39,969 nucleotides of DNA from Microthyrium microscopicum. Taxonomy: Eukaryota. Numbering within the stretch: the stretch's first letter is position 1; every line of letters starts with the position of its first letter. Location: assembly GCA_010405405.1 (NCBI GenBank), contig MU004241.1, positions 986,350 through 1,026,318 of the forward strand, in the 5' to 3' direction. Position numbers and translations under genes: made by a program. Shown here one piece after another: positions 25,216-37,599 of this stretch. The notes under the pieces are model-generated. The model ran no database searches and had not been told where the DNA came from. It saw nothing but the letters and a program-made list of their open reading frames with translations.

Positions 25216-28200
25216 ACGTAGCTTTAAAGCCTTAAGCCTTCTACTAGTAATATATAAATAAGAGATAGTAAAGTATAAGCGCTAATTTTTATAAATATTA
25301 ATTATCTATCTAAAATATATTATTTATAGAGACCTAATTCTACTACTCTAGATTATATTATATTACTCTTTACTCTATAAAAATTAAGTTATTTAATAAT
25401 AGTTAAACTCCTTCTTAATTACTTAAGAAAACGCTATAGCTCTTTAAGTATGCTAGCTTCTTTAACTATACTATCTTCTTAAAATAAGCTATTTTCTTTT
25501 AGCTATACTAAATCTTTAAGTTCCTTTAAGTACGTTATTAATTTTATTAGCGCTAAGAACGTTATTAATCTTACTACTAATAACTTAGAATTATTATTAC
25601 TTATAGTAAACGTTTTTATAAACGCTAAAGACTTAATTAAGAAAGATATTACTATACTAAATAACTTTATAGCTACTAAAGTAATTAATTTAACTATAGA
25701 AAAGGTTACTATGCTATCTAAATCTTAGTTACTAAACTTACTATCTTCTTTATAGAATAAAGTAAATACGTTACGTAGTATAGAAATAAAATACCTCTAG
25801 GAATTATAACCTTATAAGGATAAATAATAGTATAACTATAATAATAAAGATAGTAATATAAGAATTAATATATAGTAAGCTTATAAGAAATAAATTAAAC
25901 CTTATTTGTCTAATATATATAAACTAATACCTAATACTATTAGCTTTTATATGCTAAAGACTTCTAAAAATAAATATATCTAAGAACGAACTAGTTTCCT
26001 TATTAACTACTTTAACTATACTAAATATAGATTTATTATACTTAAGTCTTCTATAATAAATAAAGCTCTATATACTAAAGCTTTATAAGCTAAACTATTT
26101 TATAATATATATATAGAATATAAAGAGTCTAAAATAATTAAAGATAAGGATTTAAAAGCTTCCTTTATTACGAACTTCTATATAAGACTATTATAAAGTA
26201 AAACTTATAAGTACTTAATACTTAAAGACTAGAGAGAAATATACGTATTCTTTAATTATAAAGATAAGAATAATATATTAGACTTTATTATTTCTAAATT
26301 TAAAGTTAATATTTAAATTTATTAAGCTATTAAAATAATAATTATATATAAGTATATTATTCTTATATAAAGTCTTTATATTATAGATATTCTAAGCTTA
26401 GGGAAAACTATCTAGATACTAGTTATTATTTAGATAAATAGTTAATAAACTAAAAGCATAATAATATATATAAAGAAGTAGCGCCTTATAAGGGAAAAGA
26501 AACCTAAGCTTCTTAAGAAATATCTATTAGATATTTAAGTCCTTAGTTATTAAGGCCTTAAAGATAAAGAAAAAGGTTCTTATACGTAGTTAAAAAGTCT
26601 TAACTAACTTATAATATACTATTACTCTAAGAAATTATTAGTATAGTTAAAATCTATTATAACCTATGTTAACTTAGATAACTACTAGTATAGTACTCTT
26701 ATTATTAATATAAACTATATATAAATAATTATATTTATAATCTTAGTTTAGTTAGATAAATAGAAAAAGGTAATTAATATCTTAAAATATAAAAGTAAGC
26801 CTAACTAAGTATTTACCCTCTATGTTAACTATTTAAGCATAAAACCTAAGTTTATATTCCTAAATAAAGTCTCTTATACGCGTAGACTTTTTACTAATTT
26901 TAAAACTAATTTTAAAATACCTAAGTAAACTAATATTATTATATTAACGATATTAGGTTTATATATATCCTAAGTCTTATAACTAATTATAAGACTCTTA
27001 TAAGCATAGTTAAAAGAATAAAAAACTAGATATTATAAAACTCTAAAACCTAAGAACTATTTCTATACTAATATAGAATTAGTAGTAAATAAAGGTAAAT
27101 ACCTATATAGTTAAAGATACTTTATAATTAGAGTCTTAGTCTTAAATAAGTTTTATAAATATTAAATACTAAATAACTTAACTTATTCTAATATTAATAA
27201 AGAAACCTATATATCTAGTTATATATTATTAGAGTACTATTATAGTATATAGTCTAGAGCTACTATATTAAGTTAATCTAGAATATATTATAATATTATA
27301 ATAAGCTAACTAAACCTAATTACTTACTTAGTAAATATATAATATATTTACTTCTTTAATACTAATAAAGATATTAGGAAGTTTCTTAAAGATAAATTAA
27401 AGAAAGATTAGGTAATCTTTACTAATAACTACGTATTATTTACCTCTTTATTACTTAACGCTATTTCTAGTTAAATTACTATACTTATTATAAAAGATAT
27501 AAGATTATATAAGTATCCTAATAAAAAAGAAAAGAAATAACTTATAAGAAAATAAGCTTAAGTAAGCGCTACTTTAGTTAGTATATATACCTTATTTAAA
27601 CTTTACTATATAATAAATATAAAGCTTTTTAGTTAAAAGTATATTATACTACTTTTAAACAAAATAGGGCTTATTATTATTAATATAATAGACCTAGAAG
27701 TAATATAGCTTATAAATAAGCTTAATAAATATATAGTAGCATAAATAAATAAACTAAGGATAAGTACTATTAATAACTTTATTACTTAGCATAAAAGTAA
27801 ACTATATTAAGCTAAATAGATATAAGCTAGGCTAGCTAACTATATAGTCTATTAAACCTTTACTAAGATTATATATTATAGACTTATTATTAAGGTACCT
27901 TATCTATTAATATTAAAATAAGTAAAAGAAATTAAAAGATAGACTAAAGATAATCTCTATTACGTATTAATAAAAATTAATAGTAGCTTACTTTTAAAGC
28001 CTAACTCTAAGAAACTAACTAAGCCTAAGGATAATTTCTTTATTAAAGAAGCTTCTTAGTTTTTAAAAATAAGTACTTAGATATAGTACGTAGTAAATAT
28101 TATTAAAAAGATTTATACTAACTTAGAAACATACTTTCTTAATAAAGAGTAAAAGAAATAAGGCTTATAATAGAATAAGGTCTTAATTATTATAAAGTAT

Positions 28201-29169
28201 TTTACTTTTATTAGTATAATTATAATAGCGCTTTAATATATAATTAAGAAATTTAATCTCTAAGTACCTTATTTTAGTAAAACTAGTACGTTAAGTAAAA
28301 AATTATTTTTAATTAAAGTAAGCTATTTAAGAACTAGCTTATCCTTACGCAACAAAGCTAATATCTATTACTCTTTCTAAAATATTCTAAAGTCTACTAT
28401 AAATAGTTAAACGCTATTAAGAGTAAGTAAATACCTCTTTAATAAGAATATCTAGGTTCTAGTTAGAATATATAGTAGCTATAGTACTAGAAGTAACTAA
28501 TAATAAGTAAAGTATCTAATTATAATATCTATTCTAATATTACTAAGTAATTAGACTTAGGATACTAGAAAAGTTCTTTAAGTAAATAATATAGTAAAGT
28601 ATATCTTAATTAATATATTATACTTAGATAATAATTTAATTAATATACTATTACAAAATATTAATAAGCTTTAGTTAAATACTATAGGTTTTATAGAGGC
28701 TTATTCTAAAGATTAAGTAGTATAACTAATAAGACTTAAGGATTTATAAATATATCTTAAATTAGGACTAACCTAGCCTAAGTTAACTAAATTAGTATCC
28801 TAACCTAAGGAAGCCCTAGCTTCTCTATCTATAGAAGAGATATAGAAATACCTAAAGAATATTAAAAATAATATATACTAAAATATTAAAAAGAGTTTAG
28901 TTATAATTAAGATAAAGCCTAGAGATAATAAATTTAATAAATAACTTTATATATAATTAGTTTAGTTCATAGTAAGGATTAAAGTACTACTATTAAATTA
29001 TTAATAATATAAAATATTAAAAAATATACTTAAAGTTAATATTATTACTATTAATATATAAAATACATCTTTATAATAAATCTAAATATCTTAACTAGAC
29101 TAATAGACATATCTAGTAACTAAAAGAATCTAGAGAGAAATAGAAAAATAATAAGAATAGATAATAACG

Positions 29170-29650
29170 CTTTATAGCCTATAGAGTATTTATTTAGCTA
29201 AATATCTTTTAATATATATCTATAAGATATAACTTAACTATATCTATTTATAAATACTATTTTACTTATATTCCTCCTCCTTAATAATATTAACTTATAA
29301 AATAAATAATATAGCACTATTAGTTTCTATAGCTCCTATTAGAATTTTAGGTAAAGAGCTTAGGAAGAATTATAAAGCTATATTATTTATACTATTAAGT
29401 AATTAATAATTTAAGCTAATATTCTAATAGGGTATTCTATTAATCTTCTTCCTATTTATTTATAATATTAGAACTCCTTTAAAAACAAAAATTAGTAGTT
29501 TAGTCCTTTAACTTTAGCTTTTCTATAAGTAAATCTATTATCTTTACTAGCAAAAGGTTAGTAAATTATATTATATTATAATACTAGCGTTATTAATACG
29601 CTTAAATAAACTAGAAAAGATCTAGCTATATAACTACCCTCTTTACTAGA
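29170..29650 (-). pseudogene. Small RIP-degraded gene, possibly intron-containing
   Basis: The minus strand has a branch/acceptor-like 'tactaaccttttgctag' (~29547-29563) followed by a coherent frame 'IYLQKAEVEGP...FLFLEEFQ'. A purine tract lies upstream at ~29690-29760. Confidence 0.3.
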
Positions 29651-29799
29651 ATTAATTCTATTATCTACTTTATCTATATCTAAAGGCTAAGGAAAAGACA
29701 ATAAAGGAGAGAGAGATAAAAAAAGATAAAAATAAGGAACTAAAGATTAAGAAGGCTTAAACTTAAGGTATTAAGTTTTATTTAATTAGATAAGAAAAG

Positions 29800-30480
29800 C
29801 TACGTCCTTTTATAACCTTAATAATAAACTATTAGTCTAAGTAACTTTACTACCTAAATCTAGGACTTACTTATAATAACTATTACTAGTTTTAATCCTT
29901 AGCTTACTTATTTAACTCTATCTTTATACTTAATATCTTTATCTATCTTAATATTATATCTACTACTAATAACTATAAATATTATATTATTTCTTATACT
30001 AAGACAATCTATAAACTTAGTTAAGCTTTTATAAACTTAATAGGCTTATATAAATATATAAATCTTAAAAAACCTAATATAGTATTTAGATTTAAATAAC
30101 GTTTAATCCTAATATATTAATTATAATTATATTTCTTTATAATTAGCTTTATTTAGATATATACTTTAATATATACTTATTCTAGTTATAGTAACTTATC
30201 CCTTCTATATCTTTTATTAAGATTTACTTAGGTAGGTACTACTACGCTTTAATTAGACCTACTTAAAACACCCTAAGCTAATTTTTAAGAAGTTTAAGGA
30301 AGAGTAAAGTAATACTTAAAATATAAATAAAATTAAGAGTAAGAGTAAGAACTATAATCCTTTAGAATAATTAAGTATAAACTAATTATTTTATAAATAT
30401 AGAGCTATAGCTATATAATTACCTACTCTACTAAGAGTAAGCTTACTATATTTTATATTCCTACTTAAAAGCTAAAAATA
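29800..30480 (-). pseudogene. Possible RIP-degraded gene
   Basis: Minus-strand frame with an 'SHSHSQ'-like stretch. It is preceded by a purine tract and the same short motif found upstream of the neighbouring relic. Confidence 0.2.
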
Positions 30481-31249
30481 TAAAGAAACTAGAGAATATA
30501 AAGAAAATAAAGAAGTACGTAAAGAAGGCTATAAAGAAAGCTATAAAGAAAGCTTAGTTAGAGAAGAAAGCTAAGATAAAAGAAGTTACTAACTTATTAA
30601 AGAAGACTATACTTAAAAATAAAGTTAAGATAATAACTAAAGAGGCTAAGAAGGCCTAAAGTTTAAGATATAAGATACTCTTTACTAGGTAGAAACTAAA
30701 AGTTATTATATAGAATTTATAATTACTATATTAAAGTTAATTAATAATATTAGCTCTAAAAGCTTAAATAATTTTTTTTATCTATACTTTCTTACTTTAA
30801 AGGTTCTAATCTCTATATTAGGAAGCTCTCTAATATAACCTTAAATATTCTAAATATACTTATCTATAAGAGATATATAGTAAATAATAAGATAAGTTAT
30901 AAGAAAGGTAATAATTAGAAGTAGTAATTAAGAAAAATAGAATCTTAAGCTATAGGTATATTTAATAAGAGGAATTACTCTATTACTCTTAAAATCTCAA
31001 AATTTAATTAACTATTAAAAAAGTTATATAAGGTTCTAGACTTAAAATTACTACTAAGCTTTAAGGCTTCTTATCCTCTTTTTTACTACTTATCTTTTTC
31101 TATTTATAGTAATTATATTTTTATATTAAATATATATTAGTTAGTATAAAGGTTAAGATATTATCCTTAAAAAAGAAAGAGTAGAGTCTACTAAAATAAG
31201 ATAAGCTTTAGCTATAAAACTATCTACTATATTAATATTATTACTACTA

Positions 31250-33240
31250 CCTTCTTTACTTATACTTTAAAGTAGCAAATAAAAAGAAAGAAAAGAAGGA
31301 AAAGATTATAAATAAAAAGAATAAAGAATAAGAAAAGAAGAGAAAAGAAGAAAAGAAATAAGCAAAATAGAAGATAAAAAAAGAAGAGACGTAGTAAGTA
31401 AAGATAAAGAATAACTAGACTATTATAATTAGTTATAAAACTAAGCTAATATAATAATTTAGAAGTAATAAAAGTCTAAATTATTACTATTAATTATATT
31501 TAGGCTAGAAATTAAAATAGAAGAAGTTAGCGCTTTAAGTAAAGAACTAAATAGTAATTATTACTATTTAGTTCTATTAATATACTTTATAGATTAATTA
31601 GCATAACCTAGTCTACGTTATAAAATATTATTATTTATTAAAAATAAAAGAGCTTTTAATTCTTACTAAGGAAGTATAATATTAATTAAAGTTATTAAAT
31701 CTAAAATATTTAAGTATATTATATTTTTTTCTTATATTATTTCTATTTACCTCTAAGTAGATATACTTCTTATTTACCTTAATAGGAATAACTTAAAAAA
31801 TATTAAAGACTATATATACTTAAGTACTTATCTTTAGTACCTTATAAATAAAGTACCTAGTAGAATTATATTTATAGAAGGCTATAAGGTTTATAATAGA
31901 TTATATAATATAAAATTTAGAACGTAATATAGCGTCTTAAGTAATATACTAAGGCTTTTAACTACTATAGTAGAAAAAAGACGTAATCTTATTATAAGTC
32001 TACTTTATATAAAATAGCTATTAAACTTCTATTTTATTTATGCTACCTCTTATTATTTAATTAATACTAATTATAGATAAATTAGCTATATTAAAGCCTA
32101 TAATAATACTTACTTAAAATAAACTTATTATATAGTAGTAACTATATATAGGTAGCTATAGATAGTTCTTAAGCTTTATAGCGTACTTTTAATTTACTTA
32201 CCTTACTTTTAAATAAGAACGAAATAATAATAATAATTACTAACTCCTTTATTAATTTATTAAAGTTACTAGACCTAAAGTTATTACTATAAATTTATTC
32301 TTAGAAGTAGAAGATTATAACTAGAGGCTTTATTACTATAATATATTTTTTAGTACTAATGTTCCTTAATTTAATAGAGATAAGAATAGTAATCCTATAA
32401 ATAAAACTATATAGCTATTAATAATTTTAAATATAGAAAGCTAATAATAAATAAGCTAAAACGTCTAAACTACTACTTATATAATCCTCTTCGTCTTAAT
32501 AAACGTAATCTATTCTATAAATATATAATTCCTTAAATTATAAGACTAGTAAGTAAGTTATTACTAGAAATCTTACGTTAATAATAAAAACTTATAAGAT
32601 ATTAATATATAGAAGGCTAGTTACTAGAAAAGGCTAGGAATAATCTACTATTTAGATCTCTATTATAATAAGGTATAGAATACTTTAACTATATTTAGAA
32701 TAGATATTACTTTTTAGAATTTATATACTAGACTTAATTATTATTTAAGTATAGTAAATATACTAAATAATAGATTATAAAGCAAAACTATAGTAACGTA
32801 GAGGCTATAACTTTATAGTATTAAAATAATTATAACTATTAGCTAACTTATTATACTAGAGAATAAAATCTATAATACTACGTATTATAATATAAAGAAT
32901 ATAAAGGTAGTAATTTTAAGCTATAGATATATTTATAAAGTAATCTTCTTTAAAAGTATATAGGTCTTAAATAATAATATATTTAGAAAAGTCTAGAAAG
33001 TCTAGATAAGTTTAGAAATTTCTAAAAATATTTTATATAATCTTAAAGAATATTTACTTTATTATATTATTAACGCTAAATACTATTACTTACTTTATAT
33101 CTTATACATAAATATAACTTAACTATAGCTATTAACCTAAATATAAGTCTATAAGTCTTCTTCTAATAGCGTAAAGATATCTATAGGCTTAATATATAAG
33201 CCCTTAGAATTAGTAAATCTAGTTATAAGCAACGCATAGT
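31250..33240 (+). pseudogene. RIP-degraded unknown gene with a K/E-rich N-terminal tract
   Basis: A purine-rich K/E/R tract at ~31280-31410 is followed by long codon-like stretches. No domain recognised and the exon structure is unresolved. Confidence 0.3.
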
Positions 33241-33454
33241 TTTAAGTAATAACGCATTTTTAACTATTTAAGTACTACTATAGTATATTTCTCTTATATT
33301 TTCCTTTCTATATTATAATAAATTTATAACTCTTAATCCTTATAATATACTTATTATTAATTTTTAGTATATTCTCCCTATTTTAACTTTAATCTTATAT
33401 TATCCTCTTTACTTAATAATCTCTCTATATTATAATTAGACTTTTAGAAGATAA

Positions 33455-34200
33455 TATAGCTAAATAGTAGGATAGCTTAAAGGAGTATCTAAATATAACT
33501 AAAGAGAAGCTAATATAATAACTTAATATAAACTTAAATAAATATACTTAATTAGCTATAGCTATAGAGAAGCAACTTTAAGATTTATACTATAGTCTTA
33601 ATAACTATAATATATATAAAGAAAAGTAAGAAATAATTACTAATATTATATAATACCTAAATATATAATTATTAGCTAAATAAGGCTATTTATATATTAG
33701 AAGATTATATTAGCTAAGTATAAAATATAATAAAGCTATATATAAGAATAAATAATAAAGATTACTTCTTATATTAGTCTACTATTACTAACAAAATATA
33801 TACTAATAGAAATAAACAAAAGTCTAAACTTAGAATATACGTAAGTAAACCCCTATTCTAACTTTAACTATCTATTAATAATAGATAGGGTCTATTACTA
33901 ATAGAACTCTACTAATATCTCTCTAAAGCTTAAGGCTAAGAAAATTAAAATAATCCTAAGATTATAGTAATATATAACCTAAGGTATAGCTATATATACT
34001 TCTAAACTTTAACTCTTCCTTAGTAGTTATAAATATATAAATATATATTTATAAAGTAATAAGTAACTATATTTATACTTTAGACTATAGAAAGTTTATA
34101 AATAGTAGCTATAATAGTTCTAAGAAAAACGCTAATACTTTAAATTATAATACTATAGTTAAGTTCCTTAGAGAGTTCTTTAAGTATAAATAATACAAAG
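33455..34200 (+). pseudogene. RIP-degraded unknown coiled-coil-like gene
   Basis: After a pyrimidine-rich leader (~33290-33430) the frame reads approximately 'MAEQ.DSLEEYLN.TEEKLIQQLD.NLD..TQLA.A.EKQL.DL'. Confidence 0.3.
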
Positions 34201-34439
34201 AGCTCTTATTTTTTTATAAATTTAATTAAATAAAGAGAACTCCTATTAATAATAAGGTCTTATTTTATAGAGTAATTAATAGTATTATATTAATTAGGCA
34301 ATAAACTACTAAATTTAAAGTAATAAAATAAATTAAGAAATAAAATATAATTTATTATTACGTAATCCTTAGACTATTATAAGTTTTTCCTTTTTCTTTA
34401 ATTTAGGAAATATACTAATAATTAGAATAAAGCATAACG

Positions 34440-35800
34440 TTAATTATTATAAGTAAGATACTAAGGTATATTAGAATGCTTAATTCCTAGGTTAAAACCT
34501 AGCTTTATAACCTTATAGTTAATAAAGTAAACATTCTTTAAGTAAAATAAATTAGTATTAGATCTTAATAGCCTAATAAGATAGGTTAGCCTTAGATATT
34601 AAATCTCTATATATACTAGTCTAAACCCTAGCTTTAGTTTAGATACTTTCTTATCCTTTAGAGTATATTACTTATCTTACTACTCTTATATAATAAATTA
34701 GTTATCTTCTTAATATATTTATATATATTTATTAGGTTAATAGTATTTAAAGTCTACTAGCTACTTAATATAGATAGTAGATAGTACTATAAGTTAATTA
34801 AGCATAGGTTTGTTAAATACCTAAGGATTAGGCTATATTTTAGTTCCTAATATAGTAATATCTATTCTAGCTTTAAAAAATGCCTTAAACTTAGTATTAA
34901 AAGGTAGCTCTATATTAAACTTAATAGAAGTTTTTAGCAAAACTTAAGAGCTAGCCTCTATCTTAAGTTAAAGAAATAATTATAACTTAGTTTTAATAAA
35001 ATGCTTTAAAGCTTATTTAATAAAGTTTTTAAGCTTTATAATAAAAGTAGCCTATAACTCTAAACCTAGAGCTTATTTAATAAGAGTCTTAAGCTTTATA
35101 ATAGAAGGAGCCTATAACTTTAGGTCTAGAGCTTATTTAATAAAAGCCTTAAGCTTTATAAAGAAAAGAGCCTATAACTTTAAGTCTAGAGCTTATTTAA
35201 TAGAGGCCTTAAACTTTATAATAGATAAAGCTTATAACTCTAGTTCTAGAGGTTATTTAATAAGGGTTATGAAATAAAGCGCCTACTATAACTCCTAGTT
35301 TAGTAATTATTTAATAAAGGCTTTAAGCTTTATAATAAAAGAAGCCTATAACTCTAATTCTAAAGTAGTATCTAGTAAGTTAGAGTTAATAACTATTAGT
35401 AATTCTAATACTAAAAAAGCATCTTAATTAGACTTTTAGTATATATTAGCTAGGTCTAGTAATCTTATCTAATAAAACTAGAAAGTATTACCTATTTTTT
35501 ATATACTAGTAGGATTTAACTAAGAAATAGTATTCTATAATACTATAAATATTAGGTTTTATCTAATAGTACTAATTAGCTAATAGGCTTATATATATAA
35601 AAAATTATTTATATATTATAGAATTATTAGAACGCTATTCTTTAGTATTTTCTTATATACTTTATAGTAAGTTTCTATAAAATTAATATAACTTATTAAA
35701 ATATAGCTAGTCTATATATAGTTAACGCATTTACTACTATATTTATAAGAGAGTAAATAGTTATATAATATATAGATTAAGTAATTATTTATAAAAGGTT
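34440..35800 (-). pseudogene. RIP-degraded gene with a putative Cys cluster and a 20-aa repeat
   Basis: Continuous minus frame: 'CVN(C)..TS....S(C).DF.ET.(C)KV(C)' at ~35652-35729 (only the first Cys codon survives as tgc), then the 60-bp repeats, then 'ECLL(C)Q' near 34520-34535. Confidence 0.45.
35008..35362 (-). repeat. 60-bp (20-codon) tandem repeat, about 6 copies
   Basis: Successive 60-nt lines 35041-35280 are near-identical (gcctataact..a..ctagagcttatttaata...). Minus strand approximately PDPESQAPS..ELEASVEQA. Confidence 0.93.
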
Positions 35801-35937
35801 AGAATAGTGCCTATAATTAGTACTATAATAGTTAACTAATATCTTACTAGGTTTAATATATAGAATTAAAATTAAATTATTATATAATAATAAAAGAGTC
35901 TAGACTTATTAAGTAAGCATAGACTATAAATATAGTA

Positions 35938-37110
35938 ATGCCTAGTATCTAACTATTATTTATTAATATATATAAAGATAGTAACTAATATAGTACTTTA
36001 AAACTTATAGACTCTATAGGTTTAGACTCTATATTAGCTTAATTAGCAATAAAGGTAGCTTCTATAGCTTATTTATAATTAAGAGAGACAAACTAGTCGC
36101 TATAGAATAATATAATAATAATTATTAATAGACTAATTACCTAAATAAAGTAATTAAGAAGTTTAATACTAGCCTCTTTATTAAAAGTATTCCCCTATAT
36201 AAACTAGATAAGCTTACTTTAGCTAGTAAAGATTAGTAGCTAAATATATTTATATATTCCTAGAATAATTTAGTAAATAATTAACTTATCTTATATAGAA
36301 GGAGTAATAATAATAGCTAGTATTTTGCTTATTATAGTAGCATAGTAGTAATAAAAGAAGATATAAACTTTTAGTAGCTTAATAGAGTAGTAATTAAGAC
36401 GTTCTTATAGAAAATAGCGTAAGTCTAATATTAACTTCTATCTAACTATTTAGATTTAGCTTATCCTACTATTACTAATTATAAACTATAAATCTCTTAT
36501 TTATCTTATATAATACTTAAACTTACTTATATGTTTAATAATATATTAATATAATAGCTAAACGTAACTTTATAATATAAATTAATATAACTAAACGTAA
36601 TTTTATAATATAGATTAATACCTAGCCTTTACTTTAATATAAGGAGATATAGAAATAACTTAATATAAGCTTATAATTTTAGGCCTCTTTTATATGGCCT
36701 AAGAATTAGTATATATAATAATTAGCGCATTAGATAATAATTAAATATAATAGTAAGCTAAATCCAATTTTATAATATAGGATTACTACCTAGCCTCTAC
36801 TTTAATATAGCGTAGCATAGAAATTACTTAGTATAACTTAATAATCTCTAGCTCCTTTTACGTAGCCTTAAAATTAATGAATCTAATAATAATAGAAAAT
36901 AATAGCTAAATAGGATCCTATAATCTACCTTAATTTAATCTCTTATATTAATATAGCGTAATATAGAAATGACTTAACGCAACTTGCCTCCTCTTACTTC
37001 TTTTATATAGTTCTTAGAATAGCCTATTTAATAAGAACTAATAATAATAGTTAAATAAGTTTTAAAAATATAACCTTTATATATACTTAGCGTATACTAC
37101 GTTAATTAAG
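35938..37110 (+). pseudogene. RIP-degraded unknown gene, divergent from the Cys-cluster gene
   Basis: A surviving ATG at 35938 (atg cct agt atc) opens a frame that continues coherently through a basic patch (~36340-36425) into the ~168-bp repeats. Confidence 0.45.
36601..37020 (+). repeat. Degenerate ~168-180 bp repeat, 2-3 copies
   Basis: ttttataatatag..tacctagcctytactttaatata at ~36601 and ~36768, with a third partial copy at ~36947; approximately Y.ASTL.QR..EMTQHDL. A ~33-36 bp duplication precedes it (~36547-36615). Confidence 0.7.
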
Positions 37111-37599
37111 AGTTAAAAAGTAATAAGAAACGCTACTAAAATTAATCCTAGCACTAATATCTTTTACGTATTATATAGTATAACTTTTAAAATATTATCT
37201 TCTTTTCTTATTATTCTATATAATCTGCTTCTTATCCTCTACTATACTTATCTAAAGTTCTACTAATTATACGTTTCTATTAGAATACTTATATACTTAG
37301 TAATCTTTATTATAATATTATACTTATTAGATTCTTACTACTACTTTACTTTAATATTTAAATCCTAATAATATATTTTATATATAATATAATCTCTTAG
37401 GTAAGCCTATACTAAGTTAATAAAACTATAATAAATTTAGTAAAGTAAGGTAATATTATAAAAAGTAAAATAAGAAATAGGCTTATAGAAGCTTATAAAG
37501 GTTAAGGTATAAAAAAAGGTAAGGCTAAGTAAATTACTATGTATATTTTCTTAGCCTATAATTTATTTTTATTAGATTCTAATTTATATATTCTTCTTT

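Larger units (their letters stand above)
21697..28881 (+). pseudogene. Giant SNF2-type (SF2) helicase/ATPase gene with a long low-complexity N-terminus, RIP-inactivated
   Basis: All in frame 1: an HQ-like motif (~26320); motif I 'YI.D.PGLGKTIQ' (agc tta ggg aaa act atc tag, 26395-26415); Ia-like 'W.DEWKK' (~26750-26770); motif II 'VLVLDEFH' (27133-27156); IV-like 'KVLI..K.F' (~28177-28203); motif V 'VLVG.YGSCGTGSNQQ.AKYLI' (~28456-28521); motif VI 'QDAGRVLR' (28558-28581). The N-terminus has a P/Q/Y/S-rich tract (~22620-23355), an acidic tract and a 36-aa repeat. The start is approximate. Confidence 0.82.
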
